Positions 10,212 through 21,324 are shown, counted from the stretch's first letter. The stretch is DNA of 64,000 nucleotides from an uncultured Thermoplasmatales archaeon (GCA_964615235.1 CAZTMK010000007.1:22630-86629); one strand, 5' to 3'. The notes: generated by a model not told the origin, from the sequence alone. Made by a program: numbers and translations.

Positions 10212-10499
10212 TGAACCCCCCCTTGACGTGAAAAAAAGGGCTATGCGGGTGTTTGAATATAGTTTGTGTCTAAAAACTTTTTGTAAATTTTAATTTTCAT
10301 TGAATAACTATAAAAATATCCTTTTAAACTGGTTTGCTTCTAGTTCTTAAAATAAATATATTAAATCTACGATAATTAATTTTTTAAGAATTTCAAAGTG
10401 TATAAAAATTAAAAATAATTTGAAAAAACGATAATTTAACCTTAAGATTGCAATCGATAGATTTTAATGCATCTTTTCTAATAATTGGTTTGAAATAAA

Positions 10500-11831
10500 A
10501 TGGTACTTGATGATTTGAGCACGTCCCTGCGTGGAACGTTGAAAAAAATTGCTAATGCTGTTTACATCGATTCAAAATTGATCAAAGAAATTGTAAGAGA
10601 TATCCAAAGGGCACTTCTTCAAGCAGATGTCAATGTAAAGCTAGTCTTACAGCTATCAAAAAAAATTGAAAAGCGGGCACTCGAGGAAAAACCACCCGCC
10701 GGAATGAGTAATCGTGAACACGTAATTAGAATAGTTTATGATGAACTTGTTGGTATTCTGGGAGATTCAAGAGACTTACCAATTAGAAAACAGATAATAA
10801 TGATGGTTGGTCTTTACGGTCAGGGAAAAACTACAACCTGCGGTAAACTTGCAACATATTTTAAAAAGAAAGGTCTTCGACCGGCATTTATTGCAGGAGA
10901 CGTTCATAGACCGGCTGCATACGAGCAACTAAAACAGATTGCAAAACAGGTCGATGTCCCAATTTATGGAGATAAGACAGAGAAAAACGCTGTAAAGGTT
11001 GTTAAAGAAGGTTTGGCAAAACTAAAAAGAAACAACGATGTAATTATTGTTGACACATCAGGTAGACATAAACTTGAAGATGATTTAATAAAGGAAATGA
11101 TGGACATTTTTAAGGCTACAAAACCTGATGAAAAATTGCTTGTGATGGATGCAGCAGTGGGCCAACAAGCCGGACCACAGGCTAAAGCCTTTAACGATGC
11201 AGTAGACATTACAGGTATTGTACTTACAAAGTTGGATGGTACCGCAAAAGGTGGTGGTGCGTTAAGTGCTGCAGCCGAAGTAGGAGCTCCAATTGTTTTT
11301 ATCGGTACTGGGGAACATGCAAGTGATTTCGAAACATTTGACCCCTCAAGATTTATATCCCGGCTTCTTGGGATGGGAGATATAAAAACCCTTCTTGAGA
11401 AGGCAGAGGAAAGTCTTAAAGGAAAGGATGTTGAAAAAACAGCAAGGCGATTAATGTCAGGTAAATTTACCCTTTATGATATGGCTGAACAAATGGATAT
11501 GATTTCTGGCATGGGTCCTTTATCAAAAATTGCAGATATGTTGCCCTTCGGTGTTTCGGGGAAAATGAAAGATGTTGATATGAATGATACACAAAATAAA
11601 CTGAAGAAATTCCGAATAATAATGAACTCCATGACGGAAGATGAAATGAATGATCCTAACATAGTAAAATCCTCTCGAATAAAAAGAATTGCGAGAGGTG
11701 CCGGTGTTGAAAACCGAAATGTAAAGGAATTGCTTAAGTACTATAACATGACAAAGAAAATGATGAAAGGACTTTCGGGAAATCGTAAGATGAGAAAGAA
11801 TCTGATGAAACAACTTCAATTTGGAACGTAG
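10500..11831 (+). CDS. ffh: Signal recognition particle protein SRP54.
   Basis: The N domain, the G domain GLYGQGKTTT and DTSGRH motifs, and a Met-rich M domain at the C-terminus. Confidence 0.9.
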   Translation: MVLDDLSTSLRGTLKKIANAVYIDSKLIKEIVRDIQRALLQADVNVKLVLQLSKKIEKRALEEKPPAGMSNREHVIRIVYDELVGILGDSRDLPIRKQIIMMVGLYGQGKTTTCGKLATYFKKKGLRPAFIAGDVHRPAAYEQLKQIAKQVDVPIYGDKTEKNAVKVVKEGLAKLKRNNDVIIVDTSGRHKLEDDLIKEMMDIFKATKPDEKLLVMDAAVGQQAGPQAKAFNDAVDITGIVLTKLDGTAKGGGALSAAAEVGAPIVFIGTGEHASDFETFDPSRFISRLLGMGDIKTLLEKAEESLKGKDVEKTARRLMSGKFTLYDMAEQMDMISGMGPLSKIADMLPFGVSGKMKDVDMNDTQNKLKKFRIIMNSMTEDEMNDPNIVKSSRIKRIARGAGVENRNVKELLKYYNMTKKMMKGLSGNRKMRKNLMKQLQFGT

Positions 11832-11848
11832 GGATTTTTCCATATAGC

Positions 11849-13186
11849 ATGCTTTTTAAAAATTTTGAAAAATTGGTAAAAAACGGGGCAACTCCAGTTA
11901 TAAGGAAAAGAAGAGAGGATGTTCTCAGGCTCTTAACTGCTGCAATAGATGCAGTAAATCCTTATATGCTTGTAAAATCAGTAATTAACGACAATAAGAT
12001 ATTTTTAAAAGATACTATTTTTGATTTAAGCAGATATGATAATATTTTTGTAATAGGTTTTGGAAAGGCTAGTATTAAAATGTCCCAAGCAATCTGCGAT
12101 TGCATTGATGTTGCTGGCGGCATAGTAATAACAAATAAAGAAAATGTGCAAGTAAATCACAATAAAGTGGAAACAATTCTCGGAAGTCACCCCATTGCAA
12201 ATATGAATTGTGTTAGGGGAACAGATAAAATTCTTAATCTTGTTAAAAATTGTAAAAAAGACGACTTATTAATTGCATTGATATCTGGAGGCGGCTCTTC
12301 TTTACTTTGTAAACCAAAAATAACATTAAAGGCATATCAGCAAACTTGTGATTTATTGTTAAAATCAGGGGCAAATATAAATGAAATAAATATCGTTAGA
12401 AAACATTTATCCGATGTAAAAGGTGGACAACTTGCTAAAGCTGCTAATTGCCAGATTATTTCCCTTATAGTATCTGATATTGTTGGAGATCCGGTGGAAT
12501 CAATTGCATCTGGCCCAACCCACCCTGATTCTAGTACCTATTCTGATGCATATAATGTGCTTGATAAATACAAATTGACTAACAAGATTCCAGCTGAGGC
12601 ACTGAATATAATAAAAGATGGGATTAATGGCGTTCTGCAAGATACGCCAAAAAAAGAAGATACCAGTTTTGAAAAAGTCTCTAACAGTATAATAGGTACA
12701 AATAGTATTGCCTGTGAGGCAGCTAGGTTAAAGGCAGAAAAATTGGGTTATTTTCCTCGTATTTTAACAACTTCACTTACAGGGGAAGCAAAAGATATGG
12801 GTAACTATATTATCAATTCCAGCAAAATTTTTGAGGATAATTGTAAGTATAATGTAATTATTGTTGGTGGCGAAACAACTGTAAAAGTGGAAGGTAGCGG
12901 AGTGGGTGGTCGTAACCAGGAACTTTTATTGGGAGTTATAAAACGTTTGAATGGGAAAGAAGCAGTTTTTTCATCATTTGCAACAGATGGGATAGATGGA
13001 AATAGTGATGCGGCTGGTGCAATTGTGGACGGGCACTCTTACGCAAAGGCTTTGGAAAAAAATCTTAATTTAGAGAAATTTCTCTTACAAAATAATTCTT
13101 ATAATTTTTTTAAAAAACTTGATGATTTGCTTTTCACTGGAGATACTGGAACAAACGTAATGGATTTACAAATCATAATTCGATAA
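11849..13186 (+). CDS. Glycerate kinase of the MOFRL family (glycerate 2-kinase / hydroxypyruvate reductase-like).
   Basis: 445 aa. GFGKAS and the IISGGGSSLL motif. The overall MOFRL/DUF4147 layout. Confidence 0.6.
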   Translation: MLFKNFEKLVKNGATPVIRKRREDVLRLLTAAIDAVNPYMLVKSVINDNKIFLKDTIFDLSRYDNIFVIGFGKASIKMSQAICDCIDVAGGIVITNKENVQVNHNKVETILGSHPIANMNCVRGTDKILNLVKNCKKDDLLIALISGGGSSLLCKPKITLKAYQQTCDLLLKSGANINEINIVRKHLSDVKGGQLAKAANCQIISLIVSDIVGDPVESIASGPTHPDSSTYSDAYNVLDKYKLTNKIPAEALNIIKDGINGVLQDTPKKEDTSFEKVSNSIIGTNSIACEAARLKAEKLGYFPRILTTSLTGEAKDMGNYIINSSKIFEDNCKYNVIIVGGETTVKVEGSGVGGRNQELLLGVIKRLNGKEAVFSSFATDGIDGNSDAAGAIVDGHSYAKALEKNLNLEKFLLQNNSYNFFKKLDDLLFTGDTGTNVMDLQIIIR

Positions 13187-13331
13187 ATTTTTTAAATCCA
13201 AAATTTTCATTTCAAATCAAATATCAAAAATAAATAATATAATTTCTTATTCCTATTCTTGATTCCTTATAAAAACCCAAAAATATTTAAATTATCGCTC
13301 TATAAATTGGTTTGAATTCTGTAAAGGATAT

Positions 13332-13337
13332 AAGGAG
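13332..13337 (+). promoter_or_regulatory. Shine-Dalgarno-like AAGGAG 6 nt before the ATG at 13344.
   Basis: Seen directly. Confidence 0.5.
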
Positions 13338-13343
13338 ATAGGT

Positions 13344-16300
13344 ATGGGAAGAAATAAATTATTAAACAATTTATTTTTGTTCACGGTCTTTTTTATTACA
13401 ATTAGTTCTACTTTTGCTTTTTTAACAATAACTTCAACATCCTCTTCACTTGAACCAATGGATGAGGGCGATGGATTTTACCTTGTTGATACTTTTGAAG
13501 AGGCAGAAAATGTTTTGCTTACCAATTGCGAGATTTCAAACGGCAACATAATGCTTAAAACTGATGGAGGGGGAGTTGGGAAAAATTATGATTATTATGC
13601 AAGGTCATCGACCTCCAATAGCAAGGCCTATTACAATACTATATATAGTTCATTAATTTTCAATACTCTTTTTTCACCAAAATTACTAACTTTTTTTGAA
13701 AAGGAATTTGATGAAGATTTTGATTATCCTAAGATTGCGAGAATAGACGGAAATACATTTCCCTTTGCAGGACAACAGCAGCAGGATTCCAGATATAAAC
13801 GCATTCATCATTTCAGATTTTACATAGATGAAGAAACCAAAAAATATGCATCAAGAATAGATATTTTCTGGCGTGGTTACGCAAAAAACGATAGCGAATT
13901 GTCAATATATGTTTGGCAACCAGTTAATCAAATTATTAATTTTGGGGTGTGGGAAAAAGTAGCAAGCACAAAATCTGGTAGTACGTTTCTTAATTTAACA
14001 TATACTCAAATACTGGATTTATTTATTGGTAGCGACAACTATGTTGATTTCTGTATAGTGGCCGAGCCCGAACCAATGCAGAAATGCAATCTTTTTACTG
14101 ACTATGTTAATGTAACAGTATATCGTAGCGGTTATCCGTCTGAAGGAGAAGCAATATCATCAGTTGTTCGTCCCACAAATATAGAATCATGGGAACTTCT
14201 TACTTGGGAAGATAATGAAAAGGCGGGAACATCTGTTAGATATTATCTTTATAAAGTAAATCAAACAGGAGTCAAATCTCTTGTGGAAGAAACATATTTA
14301 CCGAGTAACAAAAACGGTTTTACTTCTGGCACCCCTATTATACTTAGCAAAATTCCAAAAAATTATTCGCTGCAGATTAAGGCGGTCTTGACGACAAATA
14401 ATGCTTCAAATTCCCCTGAGATTTCATCTTGGGCAATAACCTGGCAAAAAGATTTTTACTCTTGGAGTGACAGCTTTAATTCTTCTCTTCGATTGGTGGA
14501 AGGATCTATAGCTAATGTTGACGTGCGAGACGGTAATGCAAGTCTTATTCCTCTGTTCAACGACTGGGAAATGTTTGGAAAAAATTCTAATAATAACAGA
14601 ATTTCAGATGGTGCAGGTCCTACGCAATATTCGACTTATTGGTACTCGTTTGTTGGTGCTGGTAGAGGCCACAGAAATGGAGTGGTGAAACAAGGAGTAT
14701 TTTACATACCTTCAAGTAACGGAAGAACCATTTATTCATTTGATGCCGATAAAAAAACTGGCGCCCTTCAGGCAAATAATCACGATTACAAAAAAACATA
14801 TACTTTGCCAGGTGGTTTGATTGTAAATACATCCCTTGCCGTTACTGACGAACTGGTCATTGTGGTAACTGATACGCCAGGAACTGAGAATAAAATTATC
14901 GCCCTAAATAAAAATGACCTATCCAATCAAAAATGGATTTATTCAGACCCAGATCATGAAAACATTCGCTTTGCTTCTCCCCCTGTTATTCACAATAATA
15001 AAATTTATGTTACCTCATATGGCAGGAGCAAAAAACTTATTGTACTTAGCAGCTATGGAACGCGAGTGTGGGAAAAAACCCTACCAGGCGATTGCGTATC
15101 AAGTCCTGCGATATATTCCAATAAGATAATTGTTGGATGTAATTCAGAAAATGAAAATAATTTTATTGCATATGATATGAATGGAAACCAACTTTGGGAA
15201 CAAACGGTTGGTCCGGTTGGAAAAGCTTCGCCCGTGATTTATGACGACAAAATCTTTGTTACAGTAAAAGATCCTGTGCCATTAACTAACCTAGCTTACA
15301 CAAAATTATATGCTCTAGATCTTGCTGATGGTAAAACATTATGGAATTTTACATTAACATCAGCAAAGAAATTTAATCTTCCCAATGCGGATGATATCGC
15401 TGCCTCTTGCACTCCTGTTGCATATGATGATTTAATTTATGTTCCTTCACCTGATTGCAAACTTTATGCATTGAATATTTTAGATGGATCAGTATCAGAT
15501 CTATGGGAAAAAAACCCGTATAATCTTTATGATAGTTTGGTTCCACCTACGAAAGGACAAACCTCCTCGGTGGCCTATGCTGATGGAATACTATATATAG
15601 GTTCATCTTCGGGAGCGATTTATGCAATTGATGCATCTGATGGCTCACTTGTTTGGAAAAAATCAACTTACAATAGTAATCCTGTTTTATCTTCTCCAAT
15701 TGTAGTAGACGGATTGATTTATTATACTGATGAAGATGGAAGTTTATATTGTGCGGGTAAACCAATAGGATCAGCAGGTACACAAATTCAGGGGACTGTT
15801 ATTTCCATTCCTATTAAATTGCCGACACCAACATCCGATTATGCGTGGGATAGATTCTACGTTAATTATTCTCTGGGTGGGGGTAAGATTACTTTATCAA
15901 TACTAGATAAACAAGGAAAAACAATTAGAAGTGGTTTATACGATGATTATGACATCTCCAAATATGCTAAAAATTATGACACATTAAAACTGCGGGCTGA
16001 CTTTACCGGTAATGTTACTTATCAACCTAGATTATATGATTGGACGGTTACATTTGTAGAATCTAGTGATGTTTCCACAAAAACCATTTTTGATTCTGGA
16101 AGTTTGGTATCAACCGGTACTTTCCCTAACATCAGTTATTCAATTGATGTTAAAAACGAATATTTCGGTTTGATAAACACTTCTGCAGAATACAATCTAC
16201 AATTTCAAAATAAATCAAATCCTGTCCTACAGGAATTAGGCTGGACATCAGCCAATATAACAGGCTTAAACGGGTCAAAATTAACTGGAAAAATTACGGC

Positions 16301-17834
16301 CGATATTAAAAAACAAAAATTTAGTACTAATATCACCCTTATAAATATACGTTTTAGGATAACTGATATTTCAGGCATTATAACTGCTTCCGAATGGTAT
16401 CAAATTGGTCAATCTTATGACAACAAACTTCCAATATTTTATCCGAATACTTTCACACCTGCGGATGGATGGATTACATCAAATACTCCTACGTGTACAA
16501 TTAAAGTAAGAGATTATTATGATGCACAGAATGTAACGGGGCTGAATGTTAAATCTGCAAAAGCAACAATTACTTATGAAGAAAATTCGGTGGAAAAAAC
16601 TAATACTTTTAATGCTAGTTGTACTGGAATTAACGGGACAAAAAGCCAGCAGACAATATCAATTGATATCTCAAAATTGTCAATAAAAGATGATATAGAC
16701 GAACTAATAAATATTAAATTTTGTATTGAAGATATGGCAGGAAATTCAAATTGTTCACCTGTTATACCATTTAGTGGAGATACTGAAAAACCTTATTCAT
16801 ACATTTCAAATTCAGCAGATATCGATGACAACATCAACACTACGCCAGTTGTTGTTAAGGCAGTTGCTAACGATAATCTGAGTGGAATACAAAGTGTGAC
16901 TCTTTACTTCCGTATATCATCCACCAGTCAGTGGGTTGTTTTTGGAGTTGATTCTACATCTCCATATCAGTGGGAATTTTCTAGATCAAGCGGTCCTTTC
17001 CAGCTATGTACAGTTGCTAAAGATAAAGCCGGTAATATTCAAGACTATCCTACTACTGCACCCGTTTCCTTTTTATTTGATCCGGTTAAACCCTCTCAAC
17101 CAAATTATGTAACAGGTAAGGATTATGCATTTGATGAAGTTCCTTCATTTGATGATATTAAATTTGAAGATGACTACAAACTTGATAAGGTTGAATATAA
17201 ATCGGATATAATTTCAGATAGTGCTTGGATTGTTATTGGAGACAATATCAATAGTAAAAGTTACACACCCGAATGGAGTTTAACTGAAGATGATTGGGAT
17301 GCAATGGTTGAAGGAGAAATCTATCACATATTTTTCAGATTGACAGATACCTTGAATAATCAATACGTTTCAACTTCCTCTGATGCAATGAAGATTAAAA
17401 AGGATTTATCTACTCCCATTGTTGAAGATTATAATCCTGATCTTTCTGATTTTTCAAATTGGCGTTGGGACAACAAGTACAAAATAACTGTTAAAATTGT
17501 GGATGAAAGTAAAATATCTAATATTAAACTCTTTTATAGTTACTCCTCTGATAACGAAACATGGAGTAACTGGACCCAATATGGAATAGATACAAATTCT
17601 CCTTTCTCCTGGGATTTTACAGCAAGCGAGGGTAGCGGATTTTACAGATTTAAAACGTTGGTAAAAGAATCCAGCGGTTTAGAAAAAGAATCTAGTGTTA
17701 AATATGCAAGTGTCACAAACATTTCAATGTTTTTATTAATACTCATGGTGATGATAGCAGTCATTTTGATAGTAGTAACGGCACTAGTAGTTGTTTCTCG
17801 ACCAGGAAGAAAGGCTAAGAAGAACCAAAAATAA
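13344..17834 (+). CDS. Giant (1496 aa) secreted surface protein. It has a signal peptide, a PQQ-type beta-propeller region, Ig-like 'AGN' domains, and a C-terminal TM anchor with a basic tail.
   Basis: N-terminal signal/TM. BamB/PQQ-like repeats (IYVTSYGRSK..., ILYIGSSSGAIYAIDASDGSLVWK..., LIYYTDEDGSLYC). C-terminal domains contain CIEDMAGNSN...SGDTEKP and AKDKAGNIQ...PVKPSQP. The last ~40 aa are a hydrophobic helix followed by RPGRKAKKNQK. Confidence 0.8.
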   Translation: MGRNKLLNNLFLFTVFFITISSTFAFLTITSTSSSLEPMDEGDGFYLVDTFEEAENVLLTNCEISNGNIMLKTDGGGVGKNYDYYARSSTSNSKAYYNTIYSSLIFNTLFSPKLLTFFEKEFDEDFDYPKIARIDGNTFPFAGQQQQDSRYKRIHHFRFYIDEETKKYASRIDIFWRGYAKNDSELSIYVWQPVNQIINFGVWEKVASTKSGSTFLNLTYTQILDLFIGSDNYVDFCIVAEPEPMQKCNLFTDYVNVTVYRSGYPSEGEAISSVVRPTNIESWELLTWEDNEKAGTSVRYYLYKVNQTGVKSLVEETYLPSNKNGFTSGTPIILSKIPKNYSLQIKAVLTTNNASNSPEISSWAITWQKDFYSWSDSFNSSLRLVEGSIANVDVRDGNASLIPLFNDWEMFGKNSNNNRISDGAGPTQYSTYWYSFVGAGRGHRNGVVKQGVFYIPSSNGRTIYSFDADKKTGALQANNHDYKKTYTLPGGLIVNTSLAVTDELVIVVTDTPGTENKIIALNKNDLSNQKWIYSDPDHENIRFASPPVIHNNKIYVTSYGRSKKLIVLSSYGTRVWEKTLPGDCVSSPAIYSNKIIVGCNSENENNFIAYDMNGNQLWEQTVGPVGKASPVIYDDKIFVTVKDPVPLTNLAYTKLYALDLADGKTLWNFTLTSAKKFNLPNADDIAASCTPVAYDDLIYVPSPDCKLYALNILDGSVSDLWEKNPYNLYDSLVPPTKGQTSSVAYADGILYIGSSSGAIYAIDASDGSLVWKKSTYNSNPVLSSPIVVDGLIYYTDEDGSLYCAGKPIGSAGTQIQGTVISIPIKLPTPTSDYAWDRFYVNYSLGGGKITLSILDKQGKTIRSGLYDDYDISKYAKNYDTLKLRADFTGNVTYQPRLYDWTVTFVESSDVSTKTIFDSGSLVSTGTFPNISYSIDVKNEYFGLINTSAEYNLQFQNKSNPVLQELGWTSANITGLNGSKLTGKITADIKKQKFSTNITLINIRFRITDISGIITASEWYQIGQSYDNKLPIFYPNTFTPADGWITSNTPTCTIKVRDYYDAQNVTGLNVKSAKATITYEENSVEKTNTFNASCTGINGTKSQQTISIDISKLSIKDDIDELINIKFCIEDMAGNSNCSPVIPFSGDTEKPYSYISNSADIDDNINTTPVVVKAVANDNLSGIQSVTLYFRISSTSQWVVFGVDSTSPYQWEFSRSSGPFQLCTVAKDKAGNIQDYPTTAPVSFLFDPVKPSQPNYVTGKDYAFDEVPSFDDIKFEDDYKLDKVEYKSDIISDSAWIVIGDNINSKSYTPEWSLTEDDWDAMVEGEIYHIFFRLTDTLNNQYVSTSSDAMKIKKDLSTPIVEDYNPDLSDFSNWRWDNKYKITVKIVDESKISNIKLFYSYSSDNETWSNWTQYGIDTNSPFSWDFTASEGSGFYRFKTLVKESSGLEKESSVKYASVTNISMFLLILMVMIAVILIVVTALVVVSRPGRKAKKNQK

Positions 17835-17854
17835 TTAACGTTGGTTTCATTCTT

Positions 17855-18829
17855 TTATGGTTGTTCAAAATTAACGTCAATTGAAAGAATTTTTTCCTTT
17901 AATTCGCTGAGCCCTTCTTCTGTTTTACAGGAAATTTTCAAATTGGAAGATTCTGTTTTTAAAATATCGCTTTTTGTTTCAACTACAATAATTTCTGCGA
18001 ATTTAAACATTTTTTTAACTTCGGATAATAGACTCAATTGATCATCCAATTTATAGCCACATGTTTCGCTTGGATCCAATAAAAAAATAATTACATTTGC
18101 AAGGTGTTTTAAGGCAGATATCGCCTGTCGTTCTATTTTATTTCTCTCAAAAAAAGACCGATCTAATAGACCCGGTGTGTCAATGATTTGGTAAGTATGA
18201 GTAATGTATCTTTCCTGTTTTTTTATATGGCCAACATAAATTTCTTTTGTGGTAAATGGATATTGGGCAACTTCAGGTTTTGCCGCGGATAAACATCTAA
18301 GAAGAGATGATTTTCCAACATTAGGATAACCTGCAATTACAATTGTAGGAATATCATTTATGTGGGGAAACTTTTTCAAAATCATTTGTGCTTTTGCCAT
18401 TAGCTCCAATTCGTTAGAAATTTGTTTTACTACGCTGGTTAAACGACCGTAAATTTCCTGTTGTTTCTTTTGTAAAAAATCATAATTGCTGTTTTTTCTC
18501 ATGGCCTTGCGCTGTTTACTGTAGATATTATTGCAAGTTTTATATGCCCAATTCACTGCACCAAGAGCTTTCTTTAAAGAATTAACATCAATTTTTATAT
18601 CTATTAAATCTTGATAGAAAGGCGGCAGGTTTTCTATCGACGGAAATTTTTTAACATAGTTTTCTAGGGTGGAAATTAATGAGTTTGCAAACGACTCTGT
18701 TTTGGCAATAATAGTTTTCTTTCTTCTAAAATCAGCATTTCTATCGACAATCTGTACCTTATGTGATTTTGCCAAAGAACGTTTGATTATACTTTGAGCA
18801 TCAAGAACAATTGGTAGATTACGAAACAT
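17855..18829 (-). CDS. NOG1-family GTPase (archaeal nucleolar-GTP-binding-protein-1 homolog).
   Basis: The NOG1 N-terminal block FPSIENLPPFYQDLIDIKIDVNSLKKALGAVNWA, followed by GYPNVGKSSLL (G1), DTPGLLD (G3) and TKSD (G4). Confidence 0.8.
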   Translation of the reverse strand: MFRNLPIVLDAQSIIKRSLAKSHKVQIVDRNADFRRKKTIIAKTESFANSLISTLENYVKKFPSIENLPPFYQDLIDIKIDVNSLKKALGAVNWAYKTCNNIYSKQRKAMRKNSNYDFLQKKQQEIYGRLTSVVKQISNELELMAKAQMILKKFPHINDIPTIVIAGYPNVGKSSLLRCLSAAKPEVAQYPFTTKEIYVGHIKKQERYITHTYQIIDTPGLLDRSFFERNKIERQAISALKHLANVIIFLLDPSETCGYKLDDQLSLLSEVKKMFKFAEIIVVETKSDILKTESSNLKISCKTEEGLSELKEKILSIDVNFEQP

Positions 18830-18947
18830 GGCTATTGAATAGCTTTATCTGAAAGCTGTAAATTAAACTACCTATGAAGGTAATTTTTATTCAACAGCCA
18901 TTTTCGTAATAGGTTTCAAATTTGGTTACGGTGGCATAATTTGCTTT

Positions 18948-19355
18948 TTACCATTCCCATTTTACGTTTTTTGCAAATCCCATGATTTGAGACGGGTCAT
19001 AAGTCGGATCAATAAAACCCCAGAAAAAATCTGCTTCTAAGTGTATTGTTTCATTGGTATCAAACATAGTTGTTAGTAAAATCCATGGGATCGGGGCAAG
19101 CATAAATTGATTTGGGCCGTCAAGGGTTACATTTATATCAGTAAGAATTCCCGTGTAAAGTTCATCACTTGGTAAACCCTCAGCATTTTTAGTGTCTATC
19201 ATTAGAATACATAAACCTGCAGACCCATGATGCATTGATTTAATGGTTTTTTCAATATTATTTGTTTTAGTAGATAGAGCATTTACGCAGCATACTGAAA
19301 AGACAAAAGCACCGACAATACAAAATATCAATACTTTTTTCATTTTACTATTCAT
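18948..19355 (-). CDS. Small secreted hypothetical protein.
   Basis: N-terminal signal peptide MKKVLIFCIVGAFVFSVCCVNA. No recognisable domain. Confidence 0.45.
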   Translation of the reverse strand: MNSKMKKVLIFCIVGAFVFSVCCVNALSTKTNNIEKTIKSMHHGSAGLCILMIDTKNAEGLPSDELYTGILTDINVTLDGPNQFMLAPIPWILLTTMFDTNETIHLEADFFWGFIDPTYDPSQIMGFAKNVKWEW

Positions 19356-19507
19356 TTTTCATTCCTCCTTTACTATTCTTATTTCTATAAGTTATCATGA
19401 ATATAATAAAGTTTCTTAGTAAAATTTGTACATAATAGAAAATAGACCAGGTTAAATTTGTATTTTGCACAAATTTTAAAGTTTGATATTAGTTTACTAC
19501 AAAATTA

Positions 19508-20164
19508 TCAGTATTGAATGATATAGTCTTTACCTTTTTGTGTATAATCCTCAGCAAAGTTAAATACATCTTGAAAATAGTCATAAATTTTTCGTAATAT
19601 CGGGATTCCACTCTTGTAAAGATCGATCGAACTTATGTTTAACTTGTCCATAATGATTGATGGAATTATTATTCTTGAACCAACATACAGAAGATCATAC
19701 GAACTTGCATCTATACTTGTTATGCGATCTCCTACTACTGGATTTCCAATCAGGTCTTTAGGAATTTTCCAACTAATTATATTACCTATCTTTTTGGCCC
19801 GGCCATAAATGTTGTAATATTCGGAGTGACTATTATTATAGACCATAAGTTCACAAAATGGTATAAGAAGAAAATTCTTCGCAAATGTTAACTGATAGGA
19901 TTTGTTATTAATTTCAAAATTAACGTAAAATGCTTGTGATATTCTGAAAATTTTGTAATTTGCTAATTTCATATTTACATAGAGATATTCTGGTTCATAG
20001 GGATTTTCAAAAAACCAAACTGATTTGATGTCGATAGTACCAAGACATTCTCCTGTTTCATCCTCGATTTCTGGATTTTTCTCGCTACCGGCTTCCACAC
20101 ACAAGGATAAAGGACTCGAGATTAAAATCAGCATCAAGGTTATTCCAATTAGTTTTCTTTTCAT
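19508..20164 (-). CDS. Secreted hypothetical protein.
   Basis: Signal peptide MKRKLIGITLMLILISSPLSLCVEA. The start overlaps the stop of the upstream gene (20161..20164). Confidence 0.45.
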   Translation of the reverse strand: MKRKLIGITLMLILISSPLSLCVEAGSEKNPEIEDETGECLGTIDIKSVWFFENPYEPEYLYVNMKLANYKIFRISQAFYVNFEINNKSYQLTFAKNFLLIPFCELMVYNNSHSEYYNIYGRAKKIGNIISWKIPKDLIGNPVVGDRITSIDASSYDLLYVGSRIIIPSIIMDKLNISSIDLYKSGIPILRKIYDYFQDVFNFAEDYTQKGKDYIIQY

Positions 20165-21324
20165 AGTTTCTCCTCCACGATTGGAATATCATAAGGTTCT
20201 TTGGCTGGATGCCAGTCAAAGTTTAAATAATAAGTAAAAACAGGATCACCACCCCATATGCTGTGGAATGCAGAGGGAATTTTGTAGGGGGCTGTTGTTT
20301 GATCATCATAAAAATTTCTATCCCACGTGTTTTTTCCAATGGTATTTATACCATTTAGACCAAACAATGTCAATGTCAGGACTCTTCTAAAAATATTAAA
20401 AAAATCCTCATAAATCAAAATGTTTTTACCATTATTGATAAAATTATTTTCAGTAATTTTATTATTCGTTGAGATGAATGACTCTATACCAATTTCATTA
20501 TTTTCAATCTGATTATTTGAAATTGTGGAGTAGTATGCACCGTTCAAATCAATTCCGATTTTGTTATTTGTTATGATGTTACCTTTGATTTTATTTTGAA
20601 CAACACCTGTAGAAATTCCATAAAGACAATTAGATACAACGTTGTTTTCAACATTGTTTTTTCGATCACCTATTCCAATTCCATAAAAGGAAAAAGAACC
20701 ATTAAGAATATTATCCCTAACAATGTTTTCAATTCCACCTGCCACAATGCCTCCAGTAAAATTGCCTTTAATCAAGTTTCTACAAATATTGTTATATCCC
20801 TTTTCAAAGTCAAAAAGGTTAAATATCGTTATTGTTGATATTTCGGGCACAATCCTAATTCCATAGTGCGGTCTACTATCCTCAGCCCCTTCGTTTAATA
20901 TAATATTATCAGAGATAGTGGTATATTCTGACCTGGCATATAGTGCGTAAAGACTTTGATTGGCATTTCTAATTGTGAAATTACCGAAAGTTACATGATT
21001 TTCAGTAATATTCACAAATCCCGAATTATTTCTGATTTCAGTTTCCTTTTTTCCATCAAGAATTGTCGTGTTTTTGTCCTGGCCAATTATTTTAATTGAT
21101 TTGTCAATGTCAACAAACTCATAATAGACACCAGGCATGACAATAATTGTATCTCCATTACTCGCATTGTCAATTGCATCCTGAATAATTGTGTAATCAG
21201 CAGTTCCGTCATCATCAACATAAATTATTGTTGAGCCTTCATTTACCTCTGAAGAGACTGAATGGGGAAATATCGTAGTTACAAGAAGCGTACAAACCAA
21301 AAAACCAATAATTTTTCCTTTCAT
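20161..21324 (-). CDS. Secreted right-handed parallel beta-helix repeat protein (NosD/pectin-lyase-like).
   Basis: Repeated N-N-x-I-x-x-N beta-helix rungs (NNQIENNEIGIESFISTNNKITENNFINNGKNI). The preferred start, MKGKIIGFLVCTLL..., gives a clean signal peptide. The ORF track extends to 21369. Confidence 0.6.
   Translation of the reverse strand: MKGKIIGFLVCTLLVTTIFPHSVSSEVNEGSTIIYVDDDGTADYTIIQDAIDNASNGDTIIVMPGVYYEFVDIDKSIKIIGQDKNTTILDGKKETEIRNNSGFVNITENHVTFGNFTIRNANQSLYALYARSEYTTISDNIILNEGAEDSRPHYGIRIVPEISTITIFNLFDFEKGYNNICRNLIKGNFTGGIVAGGIENIVRDNILNGSFSFYGIGIGDRKNNVENNVVSNCLYGISTGVVQNKIKGNIITNNKIGIDLNGAYYSTISNNQIENNEIGIESFISTNNKITENNFINNGKNILIYEDFFNIFRRVLTLTLFGLNGINTIGKNTWDRNFYDDQTTAPYKIPSAFHSIWGGDPVFTYYLNFDWHPAKEPYDIPIVEEKL

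Noticed and set aside
10212-10499. The divergent tktA/ffh spacer with a C7 run followed by ttgacgtg, considered as a possible ncRNA or riboswitch.
   Set aside because: No convincing stem-loop or conserved riboswitch core. It is more simply a bidirectional promoter region.
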